DNA of 64,000 bases from Candidatus Levyibacteriota bacterium (GTDB lineage: Bacteria; Patescibacteriota; Microgenomatia; Levybacterales; UBA12049). The first letter of the stretch is position 1, and every line of letters begins with the position of its first letter. Below are positions 39,358 to 48,097 of the stretch, piece after piece. Position numbers and translations under genes: made by a program. The notes beneath the pieces are model-generated. The model did no database searches and was not told the origin of the DNA. It worked only from the letters and a program-made list of their open reading frames with translations. Location: positions 181,529 to 245,528 of the forward strand of contig CAVRKE010000001.1 of assembly GCA_963722305.1 (NCBI GenBank). Reading direction: 5' to 3'.

Positions 39358-40464
39358 ATGAACGATATCAAATGCCCTTATTGTCACAAAACTTTTGAAT
39401 TGTCTGCGGCGTTAAAGCACGCATTTGAAGAAAAAGCGAGAAATGAAGAAAAAGCAAAAGCAAAAGAAGAAATTGAAAAAATTAGAATTCAAACGCAACA
39501 AGATTTAGAGAAAAAGCTACGTGTAGAATTCGAAAATAGAAATAAATCATCAAAGTTACTTCTCGAAGAGGCAGAAAAAAAGCGCAAAGCAGCCGAGGAA
39601 AAACTAATAGAAAGCGAAAAGGAAAGATTAGGAAGAGAAGAAAAAATAAAACTAGAAGCTGAAAAAAATGTATCTGATAAGGCTAGGTTGGAAAAGCTTG
39701 AGTATGAAAAGAAACTTAACGACATGCAAAAAGCTTTAGAGGTTGCTCAAAGCAAGGGTAAGCAAGGATCACAACAACTTCAAGGAGATGTGTTAGAAAA
39801 AGACCTCGAAGAACGATTGAGAACTGCGTTTCCAAATGATGATTTCAGGCCTGTTCCTACCGGAATAAGAGGAGGAGATATTATCCAAGAAGTAAAGAAT
39901 AAACACGGTAACAGCGCAGGCCTTATTCTTTGGGAGGCAAAAAGAACTAAAGCCTGGCAAAAAGATTGGTTAGCAAAACTTAAGGAAGATATGAGGAATA
40001 TAAATGCCAGTGATTGCATTCTAGTATCTGATGTCTTACCAACGGGCGTTAAAATTTACGATAGAATAGAAAATGCTTGGGTAACATCTTATGAATATGC
40101 AATAAAACTTGCCTCAGTTGTTCGTTTCGGTTTGTTGAACGTTGCAATCGCAAAATCATCTGCTTCCCACACGGATGAACAGCTAAAAGAACTTTATGAC
40201 GTCATCACCAGTGACTCTTTCAGGCAGATGTTTGAGGCAAGAGACGAGATCATTGATGCTTTAAAGCAAGAGCTCGATGCAGACAAAAGAAGCGCGGAAA
40301 AACGTTGGAAAAGACAGGGAGCATATATAGAGAAACTTGCAAGAAATAATAGTCAACTATATGGAGAGCTAGAAGCTCACATACCATCTCTTAAACCCCT
40401 GAAAGAACCTAACAATCTAAGAATCGAAAGCGGAAATGAAGAAGAACAGGAAACCCTCGTATAA
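39358..40464 (+). CDS. DUF2130-like protein: N-terminal zinc ribbon, long coiled coil and a C-terminal PD-(D/E)xK-like module
   Basis: CPYCHKTF opens a Zn ribbon. Residues 30-170 form an E/K-rich coiled coil. The C-terminus has GGDIIQEV...ILWEAKRTK, compatible with a D...ExK nuclease core (inference). The start is taken at MNDIKCPYC. Confidence 0.45.
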   Translation: MNDIKCPYCHKTFELSAALKHAFEEKARNEEKAKAKEEIEKIRIQTQQDLEKKLRVEFENRNKSSKLLLEEAEKKRKAAEEKLIESEKERLGREEKIKLEAEKNVSDKARLEKLEYEKKLNDMQKALEVAQSKGKQGSQQLQGDVLEKDLEERLRTAFPNDDFRPVPTGIRGGDIIQEVKNKHGNSAGLILWEAKRTKAWQKDWLAKLKEDMRNINASDCILVSDVLPTGVKIYDRIENAWVTSYEYAIKLASVVRFGLLNVAIAKSSASHTDEQLKELYDVITSDSFRQMFEARDEIIDALKQELDADKRSAEKRWKRQGAYIEKLARNNSQLYGELEAHIPSLKPLKEPNNLRIESGNEEEQETLV

Positions 40465-41065
40465 GTTTGAACGCGAACTTCTGGAAAGCGGTTATGATTT
40501 GGTTTTTGGTCTGGATGAAGTGGGCAGGGGCAGTTTTGCCGGACCGTTGGTGGCTTCGGCTGTTGCTTTTGAAAAGGAGTTTCGAACAACATGGTTTAAA
40601 GAATTGAATGACTCAAAACTTTTGACAGCCAAAAAGCGCGAGCATTTGTCAAAATTGATCTTGAACAACGCCAAATGCTTTACGGAAATTATTGAGGTTG
40701 AAACAATTAATAAAATCGGAGTAGGGGAGTGTAATCGGTTAATTTTTGAAAGACTGATAAAAAGGGTATTAAGTGAACATAAAGGGAATATTCACTTTTT
40801 AATTGACGGTAATCGAAAAAAAATCAGCAGAAAGAATTTACATTTTATTGTCAAAGGGGACCGAAAAATTATTTCCATTGCCGCTGCTTCAATCGTTGCC
40901 AAAGTTCATCGGGATAAATTGATGAGAAAGTTAGGTAAAGAATTTCCGGGCTACAATTTTGCCAAAAATAAGGGCTACGGCACCAAATTCCACCGTGAAG
41001 CAATCAAAAAACTGGGGTTATGCGAAATGCATAGGAAGTCGTTTAACCTCACAAAATTTACCTAA
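40436..41065 (+). CDS. rnhB: ribonuclease HII
   Basis: The DLVFGLDEVGRGSFAGPLVASAV catalytic N-terminus is present. 209 aa. Confidence 0.9.
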   Translation: MKKNRKPSYKFERELLESGYDLVFGLDEVGRGSFAGPLVASAVAFEKEFRTTWFKELNDSKLLTAKKREHLSKLILNNAKCFTEIIEVETINKIGVGECNRLIFERLIKRVLSEHKGNIHFLIDGNRKKISRKNLHFIVKGDRKIISIAAASIVAKVHRDKLMRKLGKEFPGYNFAKNKGYGTKFHREAIKKLGLCEMHRKSFNLTKFT

Positions 41066-41071
41066 AATTAA

Positions 41072-42670
41072 TTACCTAACGTTCGGACTTTCAAACTTTA
41101 CCCTAGGAATAACAAGATGTATTGTTTCTTTGGTTTTGGGATTTGTGTACTCAACTATTTCAAGTATCTTCTTTGCATCTTTTGCGTAGCCGTTAATGAG
41201 CGCGTCCATATCCCAAATTCTAATTAGAACCTTTCCACTGGATGGCATAGTATCCAAAGCCTGCTGTAATCCATATTGAAAATTATGAATTCCAAAATTT
41301 GGATTTTTCCATCCCTTGCCCTGAAGCTCCGTGTACTCAACCCCGATACCATATTTCTTTCTAAATTCATCAACTTTTGCAAATTTTCCACCAATGGGAG
41401 CAAACATTCCGAACGGGCTAAGTATTTCATCCCAGGTCTCCGGCCCCATTTGCCCAACTACGGGAGCATTCAACAAATCAGCTTTACCAACCAGTGTATT
41501 TACTGAAGCAATGTCCGTATAAATGTCCCAACCAAAAATAAGTTTCTTTGGATCTACGCCTTCGTTTATCAACTCTTCAAACAAATTCAAAACTGCATCA
41601 ACGTTAAGAGGACCGGCGGAATTTACTAATACCTTTGCGTTAGGGAATGTTTCCATTCCTTGGTATATCAATTCTTTCATATACTCCTTATCTATTGTCC
41701 AACCACGGTTCCCAAAGCTTTGGAACGGTTCGTTTTCTGGCTGGATAATTTTTATTGCGTTTAATTGTTCCTGAGTATAATTTTGCTTCAAATAACTAAA
41801 TAGTTTTTTAGTGTAATCGATTCCGGCTTTTGCTAATGCACTGTCTTTTGTAATAACACCGCCGTCAGGCGGAACATCAACGCTTTCCAGTACTTCATCC
41901 GGTTGAAAAGTCTCGGGATTATTCGGATTTTTATCTGGACCGTAAGCTAAAGCAATATTAATATTATTGGCAATCATGTAATCGAAAAACGGTTTGTAAT
42001 AACCGAAGTCTATATTTCCGTTTGCATCAACTGCATTTTGCCAACGAATTCCAATACGAATATCGTTGAAGTTATATTGCTCATGCATTTTCCGCAGCAT
42101 TACCATTGCTTTTTCCGGAGTTGCGAATATTTCCGGAATGAAGGTCGTACCGAAATCTACTCTAGAAAGAGCTTCCTGGTTTTCCTTTATGAAATCCTGC
42201 GTAAAAAGTTGCGATGTCCTCAGCTCCTGACTGTTCTTATCTAAGGCCGGTTTTACAATACCAAATGTATAAGTAAGCGCCAAGCCGACGCTGGCAAGTG
42301 TCGCAATAACTTTTTTCGTTTTTAACTTATTTTTAAGGAATTCGACTACTGTGTTTACTTTTGTTTCAAAAACGTTATTATCGATGCTTTTGTCTGCAAC
42401 ATATAGAACTTCTTCTCCCGCCTCCCAGGGTATCGGTTTTTCCCGTAGATCTTGTTGGGGATTAGATGGCAATTCCACAATAACAACTTCCGAAAAATCG
42501 CCTGCTATCCGCGCCAAAGCTGCTTCTCCAGTTTGGCCAAAAGAAACGTCCGAACTGTTACGCCAACGAAAAGGAAATATTCTTGCGGATGGCGTTTCCG
42601 AAACGTTTTTTCTCGGCCCAGCATACAGATGGTGTTGGTTAAACCGGGGTAGACGAATTATGTTTGGCAA
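41072..42670 (-). CDS. clan GH-A glycoside-hydrolase-like protein with an N-terminal membrane anchor (paralogue-like to the gene at 14351-15523)
   Basis: ENEP acid/base-like motif (IIQPENEPFQSFGNRGW) and an N-terminal hydrophobic anchor (KKVIATLASVGLALTYTF). The annotated N-terminus is probably over-extended. Confidence 0.4.
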   Translation of the reverse strand: MPNIIRLPRFNQHHLYAGPRKNVSETPSARIFPFRWRNSSDVSFGQTGEAALARIAGDFSEVVIVELPSNPQQDLREKPIPWEAGEEVLYVADKSIDNNVFETKVNTVVEFLKNKLKTKKVIATLASVGLALTYTFGIVKPALDKNSQELRTSQLFTQDFIKENQEALSRVDFGTTFIPEIFATPEKAMVMLRKMHEQYNFNDIRIGIRWQNAVDANGNIDFGYYKPFFDYMIANNINIALAYGPDKNPNNPETFQPDEVLESVDVPPDGGVITKDSALAKAGIDYTKKLFSYLKQNYTQEQLNAIKIIQPENEPFQSFGNRGWTIDKEYMKELIYQGMETFPNAKVLVNSAGPLNVDAVLNLFEELINEGVDPKKLIFGWDIYTDIASVNTLVGKADLLNAPVVGQMGPETWDEILSPFGMFAPIGGKFAKVDEFRKKYGIGVEYTELQGKGWKNPNFGIHNFQYGLQQALDTMPSSGKVLIRIWDMDALINGYAKDAKKILEIVEYTNPKTKETIHLVIPRVKFESPNVR

Positions 42671-42829
42671 TTCTCCTTTTCCATGTACCCAGGGGACTTG
42701 TCTTCCTGCCCGTCTTTCCGCTGCTACTAGATTATTCCTCCCCGCAAAACCAATAAGTTCTTATGTTTACACATAACGTTTTGGGCAAGATAATTCGATT
42801 GGGGCAACAAATATAACCATTGGCTTTTG

Positions 42830-42903
42830 CACGCCTGAGAGGACTCGAACCCCCAACCCCTTCGTCCGAAGCGAAGTGCTCTATCCAATTGAGCTACAGG
42901 CGC
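42830..42903 (-). tRNA. tRNA-Arg (anticodon TCG)
   Basis: Hand-folded: acceptor GCGCCTG/CAGGCGT, D-arm GCTC-AATTGGATA-GAGC, anticodon stem CTTCG/CGAAG with loop CTTCGGA, T-loop TTCGAGT. The T-stem uses G-U pairs. Confidence 0.7.
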
Positions 42904-43058
42904 ATGCTGTTAGTATACTAAATTTATAATTGTTTATAAAGTTCGGTAGAAGATTTTTAAAAAGTAGGATATAATATGGTATCAATGATTTTGCAATTGC
43001 AAAGCTTGTGTGCGGGCCCGCCCGACACGCAAGACGAGCTTGTGAAGTCGTTGCGGGC

Positions 43059-43131
43059 GGGCCGCTAGCTCAACTGGCAGAGCAATTCCCTCTTAAGGAA
43101 TAGGTTCAGGGTTCGACTCCCTGGCGGCTCA
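43059..43131 (+). tRNA. tRNA-Lys (anticodon CTT)
   Basis: Hand-folded: acceptor GGGCCGC/GCGGCTC, D-arm GCTC-AACTGGCA-GAGC, anticodon stem ATTCC/GGAAT with loop CTCTTAA, T-arm CAGGG-TTCGACT-CCCTG. Confidence 0.8.
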
Positions 43132-43170
43132 CTAATTTTACCATCGTTAATTTAGCCTCGAATTGTAGCA

Positions 43171-43211
43171 AATTTATCCTATATTTCTAGCCTCACGCCG
43201 TCTGGGATTCG
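43171..43211 (-). repeat. inverted copy of the tRNA-3'-end-like repeat found at 26497-26540
   Basis: The reverse complement reads GTTCGAATCCCAGACGGCGTGAGGCTAGAAATATAGGAT, about 39 of 41 identical to the copy at 26.5 kb. It lies 40 bp downstream of tRNA-Lys-CTT. Confidence 0.8.
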
Positions 43212-43274
43212 AACACACCAAAGATATGCCCTATAGTTTGACAATACTGCACATTATGTGATAAAATTTGTCAT

Positions 43275-44228
43275 ATGTTAAATCAATCACCTGAAGGATA
43301 TAGACAAGGAATTCCAATAGAAACACCTGGTTTTAGCGGAGATGCTTCTTCGCATACAGATGGTGTTGTAACCAGAATTAATCGTAGAGATTATATGCCT
43401 GGATTTTTAGAAACTACCCCAGTCACAATAATTCAACATAATCCTAATGGACAACTTGTTTTTAGCACAGAATATGATAAACGGCAGCTTACGCCCGAAG
43501 AAAATATGGCAATTGATGAACAACTTAAAGGTCCTGATACCATAGTTGAGATACTTCCTGACGGTGAAATTAGCATAGATCGCGGTTCAGCTCTTGAAAA
43601 TGGGTCACCAGCTTGGTTCACTCAGTGTAAAGAATTAGGTGTTAAAAGAGCCTTAAAAGAAGCAGCAGTTTTAGAAGCATTAACTGGATTCCAGAACGTA
43701 TTTTGGGGACCACATATTGGAAAAATAACTCCAATTATGGTCGTAGATCCTGATTCTGGTATTGAATATCAGACAGGCATCAGATTAAGTCATGATTTTC
43801 CTTGGACTACTACTGAAAAAAGAAAATTTAGAAGACCGAAAGCTATTCCGATTGTGGGCAAAAATGTTGTAGACATTACCTATAAAGCAACTGAAGCTAC
43901 TAAAGATTCAGGAGTTTTAGATACTGGTAACATATATTATCGTGAGAAATCAGCTGTAATAAGTATTCTTGCATTTCTTGATCCAAATGAACTTGAAGGT
44001 ATAGAAAATCCAACCACTTATAACCCTGATGATTTAAGATTTTTAAGTAAATTAGGAATTGGTTTAAATTTAGCTTTTGATCCGCAGCGTTTTAAACCGG
44101 ATAAAGATTTGACCTTAAAAATAGATGGAATTTTACAACGATTCGGAGATTTTACCGTATCACTGGGAACAAATGCTCCGCAACTAATCGAAAGGGGAAC
44201 AGAAAGAGCTAAAACATCTGTTAAGTAA
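43275..44228 (+). CDS. hypothetical protein
   Basis: 317-aa ORF with no recognisable motif, immediately upstream of the Fic gene. Confidence 0.3.
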   Translation: MLNQSPEGYRQGIPIETPGFSGDASSHTDGVVTRINRRDYMPGFLETTPVTIIQHNPNGQLVFSTEYDKRQLTPEENMAIDEQLKGPDTIVEILPDGEISIDRGSALENGSPAWFTQCKELGVKRALKEAAVLEALTGFQNVFWGPHIGKITPIMVVDPDSGIEYQTGIRLSHDFPWTTTEKRKFRRPKAIPIVGKNVVDITYKATEATKDSGVLDTGNIYYREKSAVISILAFLDPNELEGIENPTTYNPDDLRFLSKLGIGLNLAFDPQRFKPDKDLTLKIDGILQRFGDFTVSLGTNAPQLIERGTERAKTSVK

Positions 44229-44455
44229 TTAAAATTTTTGTAACTAACCTATAAAAAGCTTTTTAATTTAAGAAAATCAAACATTTCCAGAGCCACTGTT
44301 TCGTTTTCAATCCTTCTCATAATCTCCCGGCTTTTGTTTTGAGAGAAGATATTTAAACTTCCTTCCCAAAGGAATTGACTTTCTCATAGCTTTTTGCTAA
44401 ACTAGATTTAGACTAATTATTAGACCAATAGCTAGACTAATAATAGACTGATTTT

Positions 44456-45664
44456 ATGAACAAAATAGCTTCAAAACCATTCGCACACACTTTTTTATCA
44501 CAGTTTGTTCTTATACAAAAGCTGCTGCCTTTTTCTGATGATGAAATCAAAAATATAGATGCAGAACTGGCAGAGTATGAACAAGTATTCTTAAATCCGG
44601 ATATAGAGAAGAACTTGATTAGCAGAAATGAGCTTTTAGCTTCTTTTGCTATCTCTAAAGCGGAAAACTCAACCCTAACGCTTCAAGAGGCGCAAGATGT
44701 TTATAACTTACTGCTTACAAATGAAGAGTACACTTTTATTTCGGATAAACTTAAAAAAAAAGAAAAATTAACGCAGAAAGATTATGACAAGCTGGAGTTT
44801 TATAATATCGCCAAAACTTTTCGTAGTCTTAATGAAACACCGTTTAGTATCGATAATATCACGGCTGACGACATACGCAGACTCCACCAAAGCTTAAGCC
44901 TTGGATTAGATGTGTTTGAAAAGTATTTACTTGATTTTACTGTTTATAAATCCGGTAAGTTTCGCGATAATGATACGATTAGAGTTGGCAGCTATATACC
45001 GGCTCCTTTTGAAGCGATAGAGAAAGGAGTTGAAGAGCTTCTTTTGTATCTTAAAACCAACAAAACCATTACCGGAGTGGCTGTTTTTCATACTGGTCTT
45101 TATGCTCTTCATCCATTTAACAATGGGAATAAGCGAGTTTGTCGAATCTTAGAACACATTTTCTTTCGGGATCTTGGTTTAAATCAGAAAAATCTTTACA
45201 GTACTTCATATTATTACCATAAGCAAAAACAAAGGTATTATAAATACTTACTCTATTCCCTTGAGCGAAGAAATCTAAACCATTTTGTTTCCTTTGTCCA
45301 AGAAGCGCTTGTATTGTCTATGATTGGAGTTTTAAAATTAAGTCTTTCAGCAAAACGAAGTGAATTTTTAAGTAATCAAACAAGCGATGAGCAAATACGT
45401 CTTGTTTTAAAATCTTTGATTAAAAGACGTGAATTACAGTTTAAAAACCTGTTTGTAGCAGTCAGGGGTAAAATGGCCAGACAAACTTTTGTAAATCAGT
45501 TACAAAAAGCCACAGATGAAAAGATTATTCTAAAACGTGAAGCAGGACGAACTACCTATTATTGTCTTAATTTTAATACGCCCGAGGAAGAAGCACTGAA
45601 TAGATGGCTTACTTTTGCCAAGAAGAAACTATCCTACATACCCGATGAGATAAAATTGTTATAG
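44456..45664 (+). CDS. Fic/Doc-family protein with a variant active-site motif
   Basis: HPFNNGNKRVCR matches the Fic core HPFx(D/E)GNGRxxR except for N at the D/E position and K at the second G. The C-terminus looks like a winged helix. Confidence 0.7.
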   Translation: MNKIASKPFAHTFLSQFVLIQKLLPFSDDEIKNIDAELAEYEQVFLNPDIEKNLISRNELLASFAISKAENSTLTLQEAQDVYNLLLTNEEYTFISDKLKKKEKLTQKDYDKLEFYNIAKTFRSLNETPFSIDNITADDIRRLHQSLSLGLDVFEKYLLDFTVYKSGKFRDNDTIRVGSYIPAPFEAIEKGVEELLLYLKTNKTITGVAVFHTGLYALHPFNNGNKRVCRILEHIFFRDLGLNQKNLYSTSYYYHKQKQRYYKYLLYSLERRNLNHFVSFVQEALVLSMIGVLKLSLSAKRSEFLSNQTSDEQIRLVLKSLIKRRELQFKNLFVAVRGKMARQTFVNQLQKATDEKIILKREAGRTTYYCLNFNTPEEEALNRWLTFAKKKLSYIPDEIKLL

Positions 45665-45690
45665 TATATATCTCATATTCGTATTTTTTA

Positions 45691-45802
45691 GGGTTCATTT
45701 TGCCTCCTTTTCATGATATACTAAGCCTAGTTCAAGTAATTTAAGATACGTTTTTGTGAGACTTTCAAATAGGGGTTCCAGGCTGGAACCATATAGCTCA
45801 CT
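45691..45802 (-). repeat. 111-bp repeat, copy 2 (inverted copy of 22435-22545), oriented to fire antisense into the 3' end of the Fic gene
   Basis: The reverse complement is about 95% identical to copy 1 and includes the palindrome GGTTCCAGNCTGGAACC, the promoter hexamers, GGAGG and ATGAACCC. The downstream minus-strand ORF is only 13 codons. Confidence 0.85.
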
Positions 45803-45807
45803 ATTTT

Positions 45808-46050
45808 ATGAAGCAAAAGTTTGACAAGGCAACACAAGTTCTACTTCCAACCCTAACTGCCACCGGATTTTTAATCACCAGTCTCAAACGGCCGGACATT
45901 GGGTTGACTGTTAGTCTTGTTTCACAAATATTCTGGATGTATACCAGTTGGCAAGCCTGGAAAAAAGCCGGACAAATTGGAATATTTATCTCCTCCATAA
46001 TCGTTACGGTCATTTTACTCTTCGGGGTTATTAACTACTGGTTCCTCTAA
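45808..46050 (+). CDS. hypothetical small membrane protein
   Basis: 80 aa with two predicted TM helices. It starts 6 nt after repeat copy 2. Confidence 0.25.
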   Translation: MKQKFDKATQVLLPTLTATGFLITSLKRPDIGLTVSLVSQIFWMYTSWQAWKKAGQIGIFISSIIVTVILLFGVINYWFL

Positions 46051-46062
46051 AAATCACTAAGG

Positions 46063-46917
46063 TTAGGCAATTTTATTTAGGTCAATTTTAATATCCGTAG
46101 CGGGATAAAATAAACATTGCCTTGCCACAGCGTTTGCAAACTTTCCTGCCTCTTTTAAATTTCCAGTTTTCTTATATTTATAAATGAATGCGGCGCTAAA
46201 AATCTCCCCTGAACCAACCGAATCAATTACCTTATTCTCCGGAACCGGAATTGTCGGCAACATAATTTCTTTGCCACCCTTAAAAGCCATTGCTCCTTTT
46301 TCTCCAAGCGTTACAATCGGAATTACATCTGTATCCAGTGACCATTTTTTTGCCTGGGCAAGCATTGTTGAAGAATCACGCTGAGAAACAATTACAATAT
46401 CCAACAAAGGCAGTATTCCTTTTGCTTCTACAAATTTCCTGACTAAAACATTATTCTTGGAATCAAATTTTCTGTAAAACCCTTGCGGAAGAATAACTGT
46501 TAAAGCTCCCTTCTTTAAATTTGCAACAACTGATTTAATATATTCTTTATTATAAATCGGTAGCAGGGGAGCAAAAAAAACAATGTCAGTCTGGCGTAAA
46601 ATAGCTATCATAGAGCTGTCTAGCTCGACTGAGAAAGCTTTGTCCCGGTTGTAAGCTTTCTGTGTCCTAACGCCGGGCTTGGAAACATTTTCGTAAACTA
46701 ACGTTTTTTCGGTATTTGGTTGAGGAGGAAAAATATTAAAGTCTGCTACGTATTGAACAAAATCCGCTCCGTAAGAGGAAATGACATTTACATCGCAATC
46801 ACTAAATTGTTTAAAAACTTTATTTAAAAATATAGCCGGACTTCCAGCCGAAATGTAAGCGGAATGTTCCGAAACGTTCTTATCGATACAAACCGTGGTA
46901 ATAATGCAAATATTCAC
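46063..46917 (-). CDS. PfkB-family carbohydrate kinase
   Basis: C-terminal anion-hole/ATP motif (VGSGEIFSAAF) in a ribokinase-like fold. 284 aa. Confidence 0.55.
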   Translation of the reverse strand: MNICIITTVCIDKNVSEHSAYISAGSPAIFLNKVFKQFSDCDVNVISSYGADFVQYVADFNIFPPQPNTEKTLVYENVSKPGVRTQKAYNRDKAFSVELDSSMIAILRQTDIVFFAPLLPIYNKEYIKSVVANLKKGALTVILPQGFYRKFDSKNNVLVRKFVEAKGILPLLDIVIVSQRDSSTMLAQAKKWSLDTDVIPIVTLGEKGAMAFKGGKEIMLPTIPVPENKVIDSVGSGEIFSAAFIYKYKKTGNLKEAGKFANAVARQCLFYPATDIKIDLNKIA

Positions 46918-47027
46918 TTAAACATTATAACAAACTAATTATTATCCTACATCGAACATCTCGACACCCCAAAACGTTCGGACTTCCCCTATTTACATCG
47001 ATTACATTATTTTAGTAGTATAGTTAT

Positions 47028-48092
47028 GTGGGGAAAATAAAAAACTTTTCTTCCAGGCTGAAAAAAATAATCCTCGAACATAAAAGGATTTCAATCGTTG
47101 TCTTTATAGTTTTACTGCTAATCGGATTCGTTGTTTGGCCAAAGGGGTCAAAACAAGTCCTCACGGAAGTAGCGAGCAAGCAGGACGTGATTAAAATGGT
47201 CTCCGTAACGGGGAACGTCGACGCTCAAAAATCTGTCAATCTAACCTTCCAAACTCCCGGAACTTTGGCGTATTTGGGGGTTAAAACCGGAGACAGCGTC
47301 AAAGCTTACCAAACTATTGCCACGCTTGACCAAAGAACTGTGCAAAAAAACCTACAAATTGCTTTAGCTAATTATGCCGAACAAAGAAATAGTTTTGACA
47401 CAACCGAAGATACTTACGGAGACGCGACCTCTCAACAGGCCACCAGCAATCAAATGCGCAGGATTTTAGAGGATAATCAGTACGACCTAAATAAAGCTGT
47501 TGCATCGGTTGAGCTCCAGGACCTGGTCAGACAACAATCTATCTTAACCACTCCGATTGCCGGAATCGTCACCCGGGCAGATGCCGTAGCCGCCGGAGTA
47601 AATGTTACACCGGCCACCACTTTTACAATCACCGATCCCAGTTCCTTGGATTTTAAAATGGAGGTTGACGAGTCGGACATCGGCCAGGTAAAAGTAGGTC
47701 AGAATGTTAACGTCTCGCTTGACTCCTTTCCCAACCACACACTTAAATTAAAAGTCAACCAAATAGACTTTGTCAGCCATGTAACCTCTTCGGGAGGAAA
47801 TGCTTTTTACGTTGAGGCGATGCTTCCTCAACCAAACAACTACAGAGTGGGAATGTCAGGCAACGCCGATATTATTATTGACGCAAGACATAATGTGTTA
47901 AGTATACAATCTACCGATATCTTTGATGATAATTATGTCTATGTCAAAACGCCTAAGGGTTTTGACAAAAGAAAACTAAGCTTGGGACTGCAAAGTGACA
48001 CGCAAGCACAAGTTCTGTCAGGTCTGTCCGCAGGAGATATTGTGGCAATTGATCCAACTTCAGTTCCTCAAAACTTAGTAGCCAAAAATTAA
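47028..48092 (+). CDS. efflux transporter periplasmic adaptor subunit (HlyD/MacA-like)
   Basis: N-terminal TM anchor, biotin-lipoyl-like and beta-barrel segments, and coiled-coil hairpin. Sits in an operon with the ABC ATPase and permease. Confidence 0.65.
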   Translation: MGKIKNFSSRLKKIILEHKRISIVVFIVLLLIGFVVWPKGSKQVLTEVASKQDVIKMVSVTGNVDAQKSVNLTFQTPGTLAYLGVKTGDSVKAYQTIATLDQRTVQKNLQIALANYAEQRNSFDTTEDTYGDATSQQATSNQMRRILEDNQYDLNKAVASVELQDLVRQQSILTTPIAGIVTRADAVAAGVNVTPATTFTITDPSSLDFKMEVDESDIGQVKVGQNVNVSLDSFPNHTLKLKVNQIDFVSHVTSSGGNAFYVEAMLPQPNNYRVGMSGNADIIIDARHNVLSIQSTDIFDDNYVYVKTPKGFDKRKLSLGLQSDTQAQVLSGLSAGDIVAIDPTSVPQNLVAKN

Positions 48093-48097
48093 CCTGG

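Noticed and set aside
43171-43211. attL/attR-style direct repeats marking an integrated element between 26.5 and 43.2 kb
   Set aside because: The two copies are in inverted, not direct, orientation. The intervening genes (glmS, uvrA, uvrC, secG, rnhB) are housekeeping, and no integrase is present. An inversion or recombination scar fits better than an integrated island.
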